DNA of 61,495 nt, the filler included, from Sphacelaria rigidula (Eukaryota): assembly GCA_964200075.2 (NCBI GenBank). It is 7 parts of 7 records of this genome, joined end to end, with 100 filler letters (N's around TTAATTAATTAA, not from the genome) between each part and the next. Parts side by side here need not be neighbours in the genome. Positions count along the whole stretch, not along the records: positions 43,999 to 52,697 come from CAXNAA020010341.1; positions 52,798 to 61,495 come from CAXNAA020010342.1; 5 more parts are not named here. The stretch is one strand, 5' to 3'. The stretch's first letter is position 1; the number at the start of each line of letters is the position of its first letter. Positions 46,976 to 60,733 of this stretch are shown here, one piece after another. The notes under the pieces were generated by a model. That model searched no databases. It saw only the letters and a list, made by a program, of their open reading frames with translations, and was not told the DNA's origin. The translations under genes and the position numbers were made by a program.

Positions 46976-49900
46976 ACCTCATAAGCAAGGGAAAACGCCC
47001 CCAAATCATTGAAGCGCAGGTGAATTGGGCGTTCTTGTCGTTTGTTTCGTGTGTGGTGGGTGACGGATACGCTCAAACACACTCATTACCGGTGACGGCA
47101 AGGTTCAATCTCACACCTCCGCACTCCGCACCCGTGCAACACCTGTCGAACTTTACAGAACAGAGGCTGGTGACTGGTGATAAATATTTTAAGGCGTGAT
47201 AGGAAATGGTGTTGGTGATTACTCGAACAGCTACTGTTCAAATCTGGCACCGAACCCTAGCCAACACAGGGTGTCGAGAGTCGAAAAGAAAAACTAAACT
47301 CCGGAGTAGTAGATAGTGGTAGGCACCTGAACCGTTCTTTTGCTAATTTCTTCGTCATAGGCGATTTTCTTAGGCTATTTCGCTTGTCACCGCCCCTCAC
47401 ATCGGGGATCTGAAGATACTTGTATCCGCTCCACGTTCCATGAAAAAAAAAACATCTGTGCTCAACATCGAGTGACTTACGGGCTGACCGGTCATCGGGG
47501 GTCCTGCTATTGTTTAGCACAGATTTTGACTCTTCGGAATTGTCGGTCGATCGAGCTCGTCCCGACCGTTCTTGTGAAGAAATGTACAGTTTTATTTTTT
47601 TGAAAGTCTACCTCTCACTGCACCAGGGCCGAATAACGGTGTTTCATGGTCAATAATACCATCCTTATAAACGGGGTATCTGCTCGTATCGCCCGATAAC
47701 ACCAAGTAACACTAACCTGGGCACTGTTCTTTGAGGATTATCTGCTTATATTACCAAAATCTACCGACGCTAGCACTTTGCAGCTCTAGCGAAGAGTAGT
47801 GCGCGAGATTACCCCCAAAACAACCCTGAACAGTTCAGGCGCCCATGACTGTATGCACCCCACACCCCGCCCGCCCCTGCAACCCAATGCCCAACAGTAC
47901 GAGGGAGGAGCAGGTGCCATGCCATTTCTCAACTTTGCATGGGAAAAGCGTACCGTCCTGTGTCCAAAAACAACAAAACAGCAGACAACGGAAAACCCAC
48001 ACTAGACGCTGCAAACCACCCCAAACCGCGCAAACACACCCTCTCCGTGGGCAACTTCGCCCTACAGAGTGAACGATGACGCAATAGTCGTACAAGAGCG
48101 ATAGGCGACAAGATATCGCATAAACTTTTGTCAGGAAAAAACACCAACATAACTATCGTATCTCCCGTGAGGAACCTGTAGCAGATCTTCAGAGTAAACA
48201 GAAGTTCACGCCTACTCCTTTCGCCTGAAACATGCTCAGTCTGACTTTATGTTCAACGGTGACGTGTAGTGTGACGTGTAGCGTGTGACGTATAGCGTAT
48301 GGCGTGTTGTATGTCACGCTTTCGCCACCCACCTTCATCTGTAACCCGTAAAAGACTTTACTCATGGCACAGAAGAAGTACTGTACTTGAAGTATCACCA
48401 TCATCATCAGCAACATCCTTTTTCAACAGCGACGGTTACCCGAGGTCACCTGGCTGAGAACACCTTGTGGTGGTCTCTCCCGGAATGCAGCAGCAGCACA
48501 CACAGAAAAATGAAGATATCGATTGTAGAAATGATCAAGCAGGGGATAGATGGAGGGGTTATTCGACGTGTGGCTTCGTTACAACATACATTTTGGTCAC
48601 AACCACACGGTCTGCTGCCACGAGCAACTACTTGCTTCATGATGTTCCGCTGTTGTATCTGCGCGGACAGACGGAAAGTTGCATTGCGCTTGGAAAATTG
48701 CTCAGGTTTTAATCCTTGCCGTTGCGGGGGTCGTCAGCGGCAGCAGATTGCTGTCGAACAAATGAAGAGGCACTCAAAAACTCGATGCAAAGTTTGTGTA
48801 TATTTAGTACGCTTGCGTTCTGTTCGTCATGCGCTCAGATACATTCACCAAACCACGAGCTGTAGACATCACTTATCGTACAGACGGTACGGTAGCGTAC
48901 ACTTTGTGCAGCACAGCAGGCGGGTAGGTTGCTACTGGATCTTTGTGCCTTTCACTCCGAAAGCAAGTCAAACTCTCCTGGCTTTGTCTGCGAACGTCGA
49001 CCACACTTGACACCAACAGCACAACCGCTGCTGCCGACACACACACCATCTAAGAAGACTGCACGAATGGTATTCGGGGGTTGTGAATACAGCGGCTTAC
49101 TCTTTCGTTGGGTGCAACGCCGATATGCTGCCTGCAGTGGATGCGCTCGTGATGCATCTCTCGAAACAGACAACGGAATCGCTATCCAAACCGATCTGCG
49201 GCTCACACGGCTGCACCATCATTTCAACAGCGCCGCGGCACTCCCGTGCCATACTTCCCTCTTCTGTGCGCTCTGATTGGCTATGCAGACCCGACGTATT
49301 TGCATGTGTGGTATGCAAATAAGAGCGTACAGGTCGCGAACGCCTCCGGCCGATTCCACGACAAACCCAATTTCAAATGCTGATAAGCACACGAAACAAT
49401 AGGCGTACTCCACAGTACAGTAGCAGCGCACAGCAGGGCTTCAACACCGTACATATTTTTTGTTGTTGTAGGGCAGGATGCTGTAAATGTAGGCGGCGAT
49501 GACTTCTCTGCTCTATACAATACTCCCGGGAATCGTGAAATTAACCGTTTTTTCATGGGGCACTTTTTACGGCCATTTCTTGAAGAACAAAAGTATGTTG
49601 ATAGTAGAGAGTTGCTGCGGCATGGACAACATGATACTAGCTGGGTGTTCAAGTGTTATCCTGTCATGAGGGTTTGCATGACGTTATGGCAACCGTTCAC
49701 ACCCGCCGCAGCGCATGCGCAGCACCATAGTGTATCCGGTCAGATACCGATATTTGGATGCTCTTGAGTACTGTACACGGCCGTATACCCGCAAGGAGGG
49801 AAACTTGTGAAAACCCACCACCATTGTACTACAAGTACCATTATCCGTCATCTTCTGTGCGGACTGTACACTATGTACAGCGGACGACAGACAACAGACA

Positions 49901-50184
49901 ACAGCAGTAATACAGGAGTACTGCTGTACAGGGCCTTTAGTGCTCTGAACAGTTGATGAGTGGTGTGATACAGGAATACTCTCACTACTCGTGCTACCAC
50001 TTGGATAGCCTGCACAGTACACAGACACAGTGTACAAGCAGCGTGGTCTTGTACAAGAGCAGTGCAACAGCAGTATGATACGGCGGCATTCTCGACGGCA
50101 AGCAGCTGATGCATACTGTATACCTTCCGTGTCGTCAGAACATCCATGCAATCGAGGATGCGCGGTGCTTGGCTGGCCAAGAAC

Positions 50185-51408
50185 CGGTGTTGCACATCGA
50201 ATATCGATAATCGATATGATTTCGATAAATATCGGCGATATGCCATATCGGTATCGGAACGTAGAAAACCGATTTATCAATATCGAATATCAATATCGAA
50301 TATCGATATTCTTGATGTTTTTTTTTTTATTTTTCGTCACATTAGCTCAATTTCTCGAAAGCGTCGTCACAGTAAACGCAGGGGGGTGGTATTTTCCGAA
50401 CGACAGATCCCCAGTCGACAACCCTGGCAGCCCCCCATCCCTCACTCCACAAGCTCCCCTTCACACACAAACACAACACACAATACACAGTAGAAAACAG
50501 CCGTGCTTCGGGATATGAGGACATGGTACTGTCGCTTCGCCTTTCCTTCATGTTTGACGAGTGTTGGATTCATCTTTCCCTCCATCCATTACTCTTTACA
50601 TTTTGATTGTTGCAAGCTTAGTGGTTTCTTCCTCTTGGTTGGTGACACACGAATACATATATTTTGGCATCCAAAAATTAAGACTTGACGCATGCTGCCG
50701 ACGTTTTCTGTTTTTGGTGGTGACAAACGTTGAACGAAAAGAGCTCGTATTTGAGTTTGCGTATGTTCGTTTTGACACGTCATCCTTTTTTAATGAATGG
50801 GCAGAGTCGAGGTATGCGCTCATTCGATCGAAACACACGGAATGGTGACTGTAGAAATGAAGTATAACCAATACCACACCCGGCCCGCTGTGATCAACTA
50901 CCTCTTGCACGACGAAAGATATATTCGCAAGACAGCTGTATCACCGCATGCCGCCGCTGCTATGATGTCAATTTGCACACTACCCGCTGCTGTACATCAT
51001 GTGTCCACTGCTGTCCACTGGAAACTACCGTAGGTTGCTTGAGATACCACACCCTCAGGAGCGAACTTCAAAGCTCGATCACTTTCTCTCGACCACATGG
51101 TTGCAACGCCGCCCAGTTCAGCCCTAGCATCGCTTCTGGTGAGGAGTAAGTGAGCTTTGAAAAGCTGTCTAGGGGATGTGGTATCTTAAGCGACTTACAG
51201 TAGTGAGCGAGGGTATCAGTGTGCCAGTGTACTGCTCGGTCTTGTACTCTGCGGCCATACCAGAACAGCCATATCGTATCGAATATCGATATTCGACACG
51301 TATCGCATTATTTTCGGAAAATTGACAAAAATATCGATATCGGCGGTTGTTGTTCGATTTTCTAAAAATATCTATCGAACTTTATCCTCGGTCCGATATG
51401 CAACACTG
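50185..51408. mobile_element. Non-autonomous hAT element with 8-bp TSD
   Basis: TIRs CGGTGTTGCACATCG / CAGTGTTGCATATCG; TSD CCAAGAAC (50177-50184) and CCAACAAC (51409-51416); TATCG subterminal arrays at both ends. Confidence 0.88.
51028..51200. mobile_element. Tc1/pogo-type MITE with TA flanks, nested in the hAT element
   Basis: TA/CCGTAGGTTGCTTGAGATACCACA ... TGTGGTATCTTAAGCGACTTACAG/TA. Confidence 0.8.
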
Positions 51409-52697
51409 CCAACAACACAAGACGACTGTTTTCTCGTCAATATCGAGCAGAGAGCGCATCGGCGCATGTGTGTGTGGTCTGCTGCCATATGACAAGATTT
51501 TTTCTCTACTGCCCTGCTGTGGACTGCTGTGAGGCGCGACTGACCGTTGTTTCGTGTGTCCAGCATTTCGATTTGAAATTGGGTTTATCGTGGGTTGGTT
51601 TTGGAGGCGTTCGCGACCTGTACGCTCTTATTTGCACACCCCACCTGCAAATAGGTCGCGCCGGCGATGCACATCAACGCACACTAATGACTTCTTGAAT
51701 TGGCAGGCGTTACTCAGGTAATGGCTTAAAGAATATACATGAGTCTTATAATTTAATCAAGTTGTGCACATCAATAAAGAGGTAAACCCTATGGGCGCGG
51801 AGCCCCCATCTCACACACCCCGACCACAAATCCAGTCATTTCTTTATTCTTCTTCTTGTAGGGCTGTGAACTGGACCCGTTTGTACCGGTGATTAAATTG
51901 AAACTGGAGTTTAACTGGAATTGGTGATGAGGACTCCCGTTCATCCAGCTTATTTGAAGTTCGCCGTTACCGGGTATGTTTATACCAATTTTAGTACGGT
52001 GAGTTTATAACAAATGCTTGCATTATTATGAACAAAATCGCGGTAGAATTGGGGCCTGCACCTTTCAACAGTATAAGTACAGTGTCTGTACTGTATGTCC
52101 CTGGTTCTACGGTCATAAAAAGGATGCACGGAGGGTTGCAGCAGTTATGCTGTTGGCACTATACTGTACAAACATGGGCAACTACTTTTGGACTGACTGT
52201 ACTACGCTTGTATGCGACGAGTCTGTGATGGAACGACAATTCGCAGACTGAGAAAAGTCTCTGCGAATCGATGGCTTTTCGCAGAGAGGTTTGTCAAAAT
52301 CCCGCTGTCTGCAAATTGTGACCAATTTTCAGAGGCTTTCATCATGAAAAATGGCCCTTCAAGGCCAACTCTTACGGGAGCGTTTAGGACTCTATTTTGC
52401 AATAATTTCAAACGACTTTTTTTTTTCTTTGCCGTAGTTGTGTATTTTGTGCCCGCTCACAATGATGACAAAGAAAAAAAAACTCTGAAATTGTTGCAAA
52501 AAAAAATGGCACCGAGTTCATGGGTACGGGTCGTTATATAATAATTAAACCAAAATCATCGTTTTTTTCGTTTTTTCCCATGATTCTCGAACGGATTTTA
52601 CCCTGGATTTCTGTGTTGATGGACACACGTGCGCTACGAGCTGGGCCAGCCTAAAAACGGATTTAAGCTCTAAAAGCAATATCTCATCGACACGGAC

Positions 52698-52797
52698 NNN
52701 NNNNNNNNNNNNNNNNNNNNNNNNNNNNNNNNNNNNNNNNNTTAATTAATTAANNNNNNNNNNNNNNNNNNNNNNNNNNNNNNNNNNNNNNNNNNNN
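52698..52797. other. Assembly spacer
   Basis: N-run with TTAATTAATTAA core. Confidence 0.99.
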
Positions 52798-53749
52798 ACT
52801 GACAAGTCAGCGCTGACTTGTCAGTAGTCTAGTTGGTTGTCTCTTAAACCGTCACATGTCGCAGGGTTAACGGTAGGGGTTCTTCAAGCCTTAGACGGCG
52901 AAATTAGTCTTTCTGGATCATACATACTTCTTTTCACTTGAAATTGATGCCGATTCAACAGAAGGCTAACCTCGCGGTCCAAGGGTTAACCAATTTTTGC
53001 GGTTCCGACGACTGTCCGAGGCGGAAAGTGGATTTCCGACCTTTCATTCTAAACGCGGAACCCATGTACTGCAGGGCAGTAGGGCTTGTAGATTGTTCTT
53101 CCGACCCTATCAAATACTGTATGTGACCATTTTCCGAATCGGAAATGGAGATGAAGAACGCGAGATACAAAACATGTCGTGCAACTTCACACTTCCCCCC
53201 CCCGCCTCGCCCCGGAAAAGTTGTCATGGAAAGTAGTCGGACGTGGAGAAATTCGGGAGAAAAATACGCTTTTCCCCAGATTTTTTTGTGGAAGAACCCT
53301 TACTACGAGGTACTGTACTTGAGTCCATCCATACGGGACGCAAGTGATGGCATTCTTGATTCACGCCGACGACGCTTCGACGTTAACCATCGGAGAAATA
53401 AGCACGCACGGTGGCGCGTTGTGTGGGGTGTTGTCACTCGTCTCCTGGTTGGCGATACGGCTTGGTACTTCTGGTACAATCATGCTTTCGTACCGACACT
53501 GCACTAGCATAGCGAACGCTGAACTTACACAAGAGTGTGAACTTCACTATAGTATCCAAAAGGCAATGCCTCTACAGCTTCGTAGGTATATAGAGCTAGA
53601 ACCACGTCTGACACAGCAGTGCTATCACCCGTACGTCGTTGCTTGGAAATCGTAAGCACATTGAAATGCTCGCTAGATCCAATGCCCCATGATTACAGTC
53701 CAGGGCCCCCTTCCGATGCTGCAGAGTGAAGCAGCTCGATGGTATCTTG

Positions 53750-55550
53750 GATCTTACGCGAAACGCGAACTATGGCTGGCCTATGGAGCAATAATTACGA
53801 GGTATTTCTTTCTCTGTCATCTCTCGTAGAACTCCCTTAAAAATCACCTGAGGTACTCCGTTCGCGGACGAAAGCATGGGAATTACCTTACAGTGTCATG
53901 TGCTTGCTTGTATTCCGTGAACCCTTAGTTGGTTGTTCGACTTCTTTCGTTTCGGGTTTAGGTTACCCGTGGTCGATGGTCACAGCGATCCTGAGGTGAC
54001 GGGTAGAGATAGTTTTGGTCATGATCTAATTATGTTCTGCATCACCTAATGCCATATAGACTTCCCGCAAGTTGCCATGTTCGCCCAGCTCTAAGTCTCT
54101 CACCTGCGTGATAGGACTGTTTCCGTGAAGATGGATGAAGAAGTTCGAGTGAGTGCAAACAATAGAGTACTTACACCCGTTGTCTCCAGCGTTTCATTCG
54201 ACTTCACTTGTGTATCGAACCCCCCCGGCTTCGCCCTGGTCAAGGAGTTGAACTGGCCGTTATTGTCATATGTGCGGTTTTCTCTGGCGAAAGTCAACAT
54301 CTTGGGTGACATACCGTTGTATGCAGATTTTCTGTATGCACCTTGCAGCTTACATCATTACTTATTAGGCAGTACAATAACATGCATATGAGTATAGCGG
54401 TCAGTTTCACTAGCTCTAACATACACGTGAAGATGCAACATGTGATTGTATTTCGATATTCCGATGTTATACGTGGGTTTACGGTGTATACCACCCTGGG
54501 TGGTATAAAGGCCAACTTCGACATGCCTGCCAGCAAAGCCCCTCATCGCCGTAAGGTCCCTTTTACCAAAATATCGCGACAAGTGAGCTATCTTTCGCTC
54601 GTGTGGCCCCGACGGTTGACGAAAATGACGACATCTTCGCCCCTGGTGATGAACTCCGTAACCTGCGGTGGCGGCGAGCAACTGAGCTCGGCCCCCAATT
54701 TTCTATATTTTGACACACGAATTGTGAGGGTCAAAATATAAAGCTTGAAAGTTAGTGGACATTTACGTACAGAATCATTCAATCGCACGTGCTTGCCTCT
54801 TGAGGTTTTCCGTGACCTCGCTGGGTGGCGTCGTGGTTCATATATATTTGACATACCGCCGAGATATTTCACCGGACTCGACGTCTGAACACCGACGGCG
54901 CATGTTCCGCCCGCACCAAGGTCAGCTTAGATATCGCCCGCTACAAAACAAGACATCGCGGAGTCAACGGACTCGATCGAGCATGTAATCACCAATATAC
55001 GGAAGCACACATGTACAGAGAATCTCTAATGGTATGTTTTCAATGAATTTCGACCCAATCTCACCAACTACGAGCATAACGCACAATTCAGCGGTGTGTG
55101 TCTCTTTGGAGTCTACCAACACCAGATATCGGTGTTTGTATACAAGCCCTTGTGATAAATTCGTCTCCGTTCTACGGTGGCGGAAATCACCTTTCCGAAA
55201 AATCGTGTACCCCTGCAGCTTTTCATCATTGCAGAGCTAACACAAAGGAACGCACATGCGTGACCTTCGCCCCCAAAAGAGTCTGCACTGAAAATATTGT
55301 GCACAATTCGGAATGTTTTCCCTCCAAGCTTGCTGTGGAACAGAGGAGTCCCAGTGCGGGTTTCGAGCTCCATACACCGCGTGCCCTGCAACGCTGTAAA
55401 AATGTAAGCCAGGGAGGGTGCTCGATAATTCATTTATGTATCGTAGCATATGCTTCTCATATGCGTTGGGCCGCGATTTCATCGCCCGGTATACGTGCTG
55501 AGCGCGTTGTACCAGCTCTACGGTAGAAACCACGTTTGTATCCAAAATAC
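53750..55550 (-). pseudogene. Decayed SF2 (Ski2/HELQ-like) helicase with short introns
   Basis: Colinear motif remnants: G.R.MELE, VISAT, EDVVIFVNRR (motif IV-like), IAV..HG*PKPETKEVEQ, VIFKG; splice-site-bounded exons 54483-54662 and 54046-54103; stops and frameshifts. Confidence 0.4.
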
Positions 55551-57308
55551 AGGGGAAATGGATGATGACCAAGCACAACTGACACGCCATGTTCTTTGGT
55601 TTTGTATACCGTGTGGGGTGACAAATTACAGCACAAGCAGGGTATTGATTGAAAGCCCTGCTAAGCCTTTGCGCTGACGCCGGTTGTACGTGTGCATTTT
55701 TAGTTGGTTTTACGATGGATTTCTCATTGCGTGTTAATCACGCGCATCATGTTTTGTTCCTATAAACTACGTAGCGCAGTAAACTTCTGTATTTGACGTC
55801 AGCATAGCAGTATCCACAACGTGACTGCCTAGGCACAGTTCGCACCAAGTCAAGTCAGGTGGGAGTTTTGAGCCATCATCCTCGACACGTTGTCGGACTT
55901 CAATCGATATGATTAGTTGACGAGGCGTGTGTGAACCCGCGAAACATTTCGTATCAGAGCGCTGTCGATGGCAAGCTTATGCGTGTTGCCTTGCGGACGT
56001 GAATATTAATTTATTACGAGAGTAGCAACCTCTTACATAATCATGAAGCTGGTCCAAGTGGACAGGAGTGTGAATCACCAAAGCGCCGACAAACTACGCC
56101 TCCCTTCATCCCATGCAATCTCATCTTGCTCCAGAACGTTCATTATTCTTTTGCCCTCACATATGCAACATATTGCAATAGCCCCATCAATCGGTCATAC
56201 TCGCTGCATACTGTAGTCTGCTGTGACAATGTGGGTCAAGTGTGCGGCATGCAACGCGAACACCTGGGATATTCTTCGTCATCTACGAAACGAAGGTGCT
56301 CAACTTATATAAAAATGAATGATTTTTGGTTCACAGAGTACTTCTGAATGAAATATTTCGAAACAGCTTTGAGTAATGGTAAACTCAGAGACCCCCGACT
56401 GAATAGTAGTGCCCCAGTAACACTTGTTGCGTTTTCCTTCACCAAAAGTCATTATTTGATGAATGTGGGCTCAGGTCTCTGCGGCACTAATCCATGGCCA
56501 CATGAAGTCTAAATCTTGCGGTCGAACTCAGAATTGAAGAATTGCCGGGTCAACCAAAACGAGTCTTGTGACTGCCACCAGCATCTGAACTTGATATTAT
56601 ACTCGGGATTTCAAATGGAACCAGAGTTGTGAAGACTACACTGTGCTCCACGGAATGGTGAAAGCATCCACGATGATACGACTGCTAAATCCTTTCAAAA
56701 CCTCTCACTTGATGTTGCGAAGTGTGTGTTACCCAGGTCGTTTGTTGGTTACTCGCAACCGGAAATCCTTTCTTCAGCACACGCCCGTGTCATAGCTTGA
56801 GGATTGCACCTATGGCAAAAGCACAGCCTCGATTTAGCGCAAGCTGCTCCGGTCACGCTACCGAGAATTGTATAATGGGAAATACCTTGTCAAGATTTCT
56901 CGGGAGACGGGATTTTTCGGCACAGCGAGGCCTTGCGTATAGAGAAAAACGAGGCGGATCTCATCACAGTACTCATCAATTGCGTGATCTGGGGCACATC
57001 ACGCAACTATTACTGCTGTGTACCATAGCGTTACCTTTTGGCCTGCCCGATCTTTGTCTCACAAGCAAGCGACAATGTCTATCCGTTCAAGACTACTTGG
57101 GCTTAGCACCTGTAAACTGGACGTATCGTGATATATGTACGTGTTGAGCCCGTAGTCAGATGCTAGCCCTTCTCATCAAGTACGTGTAGCCAGGAAGTGC
57201 GTGGCTTCCCTGCATCTTGCATGATTCGCTGATGACGTGATGTGGGTGATGTTTTGATTCCTGCTTCTTCATATCTTGCGACATCGCCCTTTCCACATTT
57301 GGCGGCAG

Positions 57309-57435
57309 TTACTGTTCGAGATGTTTTCCAACGTCCCGGAGGAGACTCTGCTCTCGATATGGCACAGCTGTGACGAAAACTTCTCTGTGGCCGTCGACGA
57401 GGCATTGACCATCTCCAGCCTCAATGCGAATCAAG
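57309..57435 (+). CDS. CUE-like/PDZ/PX protein, exon with CUE-like ubiquitin-binding domain
   Basis: LLFEMFSNVPEETLLSIWHSCDENFSVAVDEAL resembles the CUE pattern L..MFP......I...L......V..A...LL; ggcag/ acceptor, G/GTAATC donor in phase 1, matching the next exon. Confidence 0.7.
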
Positions 57436-57948
57436 GTAATCAAGCCGCCATGCTTACTGAGAACTGTTTGATTACAAAACCTGTAGCCGAAATATACCTC
57501 TGAAGAAGCGGAAGAATTAGACGAGGGGATATATGTAGCTGGGAGCAAGCTTCTGGGCTTTTCTTCGCCAGTATTGGCTTTTTTGGTGTCTTGAATTTTA
57601 CAGTAGTCCTGCTCAACCGTTGACCGTCGGTGGAAGGCACGCTATCTCATTGCTTGATATCAGTTGCAATACCCAGCATATTCGAGCTGCAGCTGAATCC
57701 GTTCGGGTCTCTCGCGGGCTCTCGCAGCTCTTATCGTCGCGTGAACGTAAGGAAAATATCAGATTCTTGCAGCAACCGGTGTATCAACTCCGGTTTCACT
57801 CGTGCGCTGACCTGATCGACAGCCTAACATAAAACCCGGACTTTCATTCATCGCTTCTTCATGGCAGCAAGACCGATCCACCTGATGTTTGGGTTTTATG
57901 CTCTTCAATTCTATCTCTTGAACGTGTAACACACCCGCGTGTTCGCAG

Positions 57949-59033
57949 CCAGACGTCGTGACCCAAGATGTCACGAGTCCCCGGCAGAAATATGGGAGTA
58001 TCCTGCAGTGCTCGCTCCAGACTTCACAGTGGAGAGCACGGCGATCAACGGGAGACCTCAGGCGCCACGGTATGAAGCGTACACAGATGATGACGATGTG
58101 GAAAATCTGCAGGTCGGTAGTGCCTTGAGCGAAAGTGCAGGGGAGACTGCGGGCTCTGTTCAACAGCAGCAGTCACCACAACAGCGAAAAGAACTACCGT
58201 GGGAAAGCAACACAGGGTACGTGATGGGGCCGGGAGAGCTTGGGCTCTTAAACGAGCTGCAGCTCCCGAGACGGGGGGCGATGGTGCAGCTTCCTGCAGA
58301 TTTTCTGATTCTTCCACGGCCATTTCGTCCATTCGAAGCGGTTGTTGCGAGACCGTCAAGAGGGCTGGCTCCTACGATCAGCCCCATCGCGAAAATACGT
58401 ACAGTTGCCCAAAGTCCTGTAGAAAATGCTCGTGACACGATGCTGTCTAATATTGAAGGTAAGAGGGTTCCTGCTGACAAGCATACCGTCAACGATGGAG
58501 GAGACGGTCGCTCGCCGGGTCAGGCAGGCGGCATTGGTGGCAATGGTCGTTATCCAGCAGATCCCGCCAAGTGCACGCGGATTGATCCGCCTCTATCACC
58601 TTTGCTCCTGCCAATGACGAACGGTGTGGCCGTACCACGATACGGTGATCCCCCGTTGGAGGAGGAAGTTGCAAGCATCGATGAAGTCAGGCGAAAACCG
58701 CGGCATGAGACGCGACAAGGAGAGCAGGCTGAAGTCAAATATACACGAGTCGAGGAACGCGACCGGCGGAAGCTGTTACTCGAGGAGAGTGGTGACGGCA
58801 GCCCCCTGTATGAAAACTTTGGCAATATGCCCACCGATATTGTTGCGGGCAGCCGAAAAGTGGAAACAGCTTCTTCGGCGGAGCGAGTGGCAGCGTTCCC
58901 ACCGGGTACTAGGTTTCGCGTCGCTGTGGATAAAGGTACAACGGGGCTTGGCATCACGGTGAAGGAGATCCAAGGGAGATTCTTCGTGTACCGGCTGCAG
59001 ACGCTACCCGATGGATCCCCTGGTGCCGCTGAG
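57949..59033 (+). CDS. CUE-like/PDZ/PX protein, large exon: low-complexity linker and PDZ N-terminal half
   Basis: FRVAVDKGTTGLGITVKEIQGRFFVYRLQTLPDGSPGAAE (GLGF-like loop); ttcgcag/ and GAG/GTAGGG. Confidence 0.88.
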
Positions 59034-59226
59034 GTAGGGTTGACACCGTGCTTTTGACGAGGGGAGTTCTCTGCGTCTCTCTATTCTTTCCTATCGTGAT
59101 TGGTCTGCTTGAACTTGAGCATTGTGGGTGTGTTCAAGAGATGTCTTTGTGTCGTCGTTCGTACGTGCACTTGGGGGCGTGCCATTTTCATCTTTCATCT
59201 CGCTCGTCTCGCACCTGTCACCGCAG

Positions 59227-60416
59227 GAAGCCGGGGTGAAAGCCGGGGACGAGTTGCTAGGTGTGGAAGAGCTGGATTTCGAGGCCGAACGGTGGGACAT
59301 CGACCAGCTCGTGTCCTACATGCGCGAGCTCGCCGGAGTGGTAATTCTCCACGTGATGCGCGGTTCGGGTGCCTTGGCGAGGGCCTCGCCAATCGATGAA
59401 GAAGCGCTGATGAGCTATGGAGTGGTGCCATCGGACGAGAATGCCAATAGGGCAACCGGTGGTACTGCGGAGGCTAGCTCGAAGAAACTGCTGGAAGTTC
59501 TAGTGGAAGAGGAGTTGCTGACACCGTCGGAAGCGGTCGATACGTCTCGATTGCACTGTCAAATCAGCGACAGAGCGAGACAGTGGGACACCGGCGAGCT
59601 CTGGTTGTCCGTGGCCGGGCTTGCCCGCCGTCCTTCCCCCCAGGTCGTGGCAGCTTTTGCGAACCGATGGCGACCGGGTCAGCCTCCAGGGTGGGACGAA
59701 TCCGAAAGCAGTGAGGAAGGGGAGGGGGAGGAAGGGACTGCTTCTCAGCGTCCGAGCGGTCGTACGGCGTGGAGCCAGGAATCTAACGGGCATCGAGTAG
59801 AGACTGAGCTCCAGGGTGATCAAACAAGTGACCCTGCAGATCTGGACTCGATTGGAGCGGCTCTTCTGGGGCAACCCCTGTTCAGCGATACAATTTCTGC
59901 TTCGGCGGCAGCGCATGATAATGTTGGTGGATATGCTGCTGGTCGTTCGAGTGATACCGGCGTTATGGAACGCGAAAGTTCGGACGGTTCGGTCGAGTCG
60001 GGAAACCATGACTGGTCACCTTGGCCACAGCTGGCTGCCTTGGAGGAAAAAGCGGCGCAGGGACCCACCGTGGTTCCGACACAGGGCCTGCGCAAGGCCC
60101 TCAGCGTTCGAGTACTCGGTCAGGTAGACCCCACAGAGGCGGTGGGCGGTATTCAAGCCGACAGCAACGACGGAAAGACGGAAGGTGGCTCCAGGAGGAA
60201 TGGACCCGTTTCATCCGGCGATTCCATTCCATACATTGTGTGGGTTATGGATGTGGAGAGCGGGGCAGAATGGAGGGTGCGGCGTACCCACTCGGAGTTC
60301 GCGGAGCTGTGGGAAGTTTGCACGGGTATGCGACCCAGCTTGGCTCGCTTGGATTTCCCATCCTGCCTGCCGAACGTGAAGGAAACTCCGGGGATAATCG
60401 AGGCGCGTCGACCAAG
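59227..60416 (+). CDS. CUE-like/PDZ/PX protein, exon with PDZ C-terminal half and PX N-terminal part
   Basis: EAGVKAGDELLGVEE (PDZ); YIVWVMDVESGAEWRVRRTHSEFAELWE...LDFP...IIEARR (PX); canonical splice sites. Confidence 0.9.
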
Positions 60417-60733
60417 GTGATGGATACCCCGGAGAAAACCGGTAGCTTTCGGGCTGTTGGTTGGGTGAGGATGGTCGAAGCTGGTTAGATTTATCTGTGA
60501 TCCCGGCGTACAGACAGCCTATCACGTCCCGAATGTTTCATGCCTTTTACGTATGGAGGGTTATTGTCTGCCGTCTTTTTTCCCTCGCTGACTCATCACG
60601 AAATTCCAGGCTAGACGCCATGGGTGTGCTTTATTTACGTCAGCTATTCTTGTCCTTGACTGTTGCTTGTGCCTGATTCCTCTTACACTTGCGTGATACC
60701 CGTGTCTCACGCGACTCACCCGAAAAATATAAG

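Larger units (their letters stand above)
49300..51650. mobile_element. Element bounded by ~140-bp imperfect inverted repeats
   Basis: tgcaaataagagcgtacaggtcgcgaacgcctcc (~49314-49347) is the exact reverse complement of the block at ~51603-51636; similarity extends over 49300-49440 and 51510-51650. Confidence 0.75.

Noticed and set aside
50195..50310. TATCG-rich short repeats as a CRISPR-like or iteron array
   Set aside because: Irregular spacing with no repeat-spacer structure; explained as hAT subterminal repeats.
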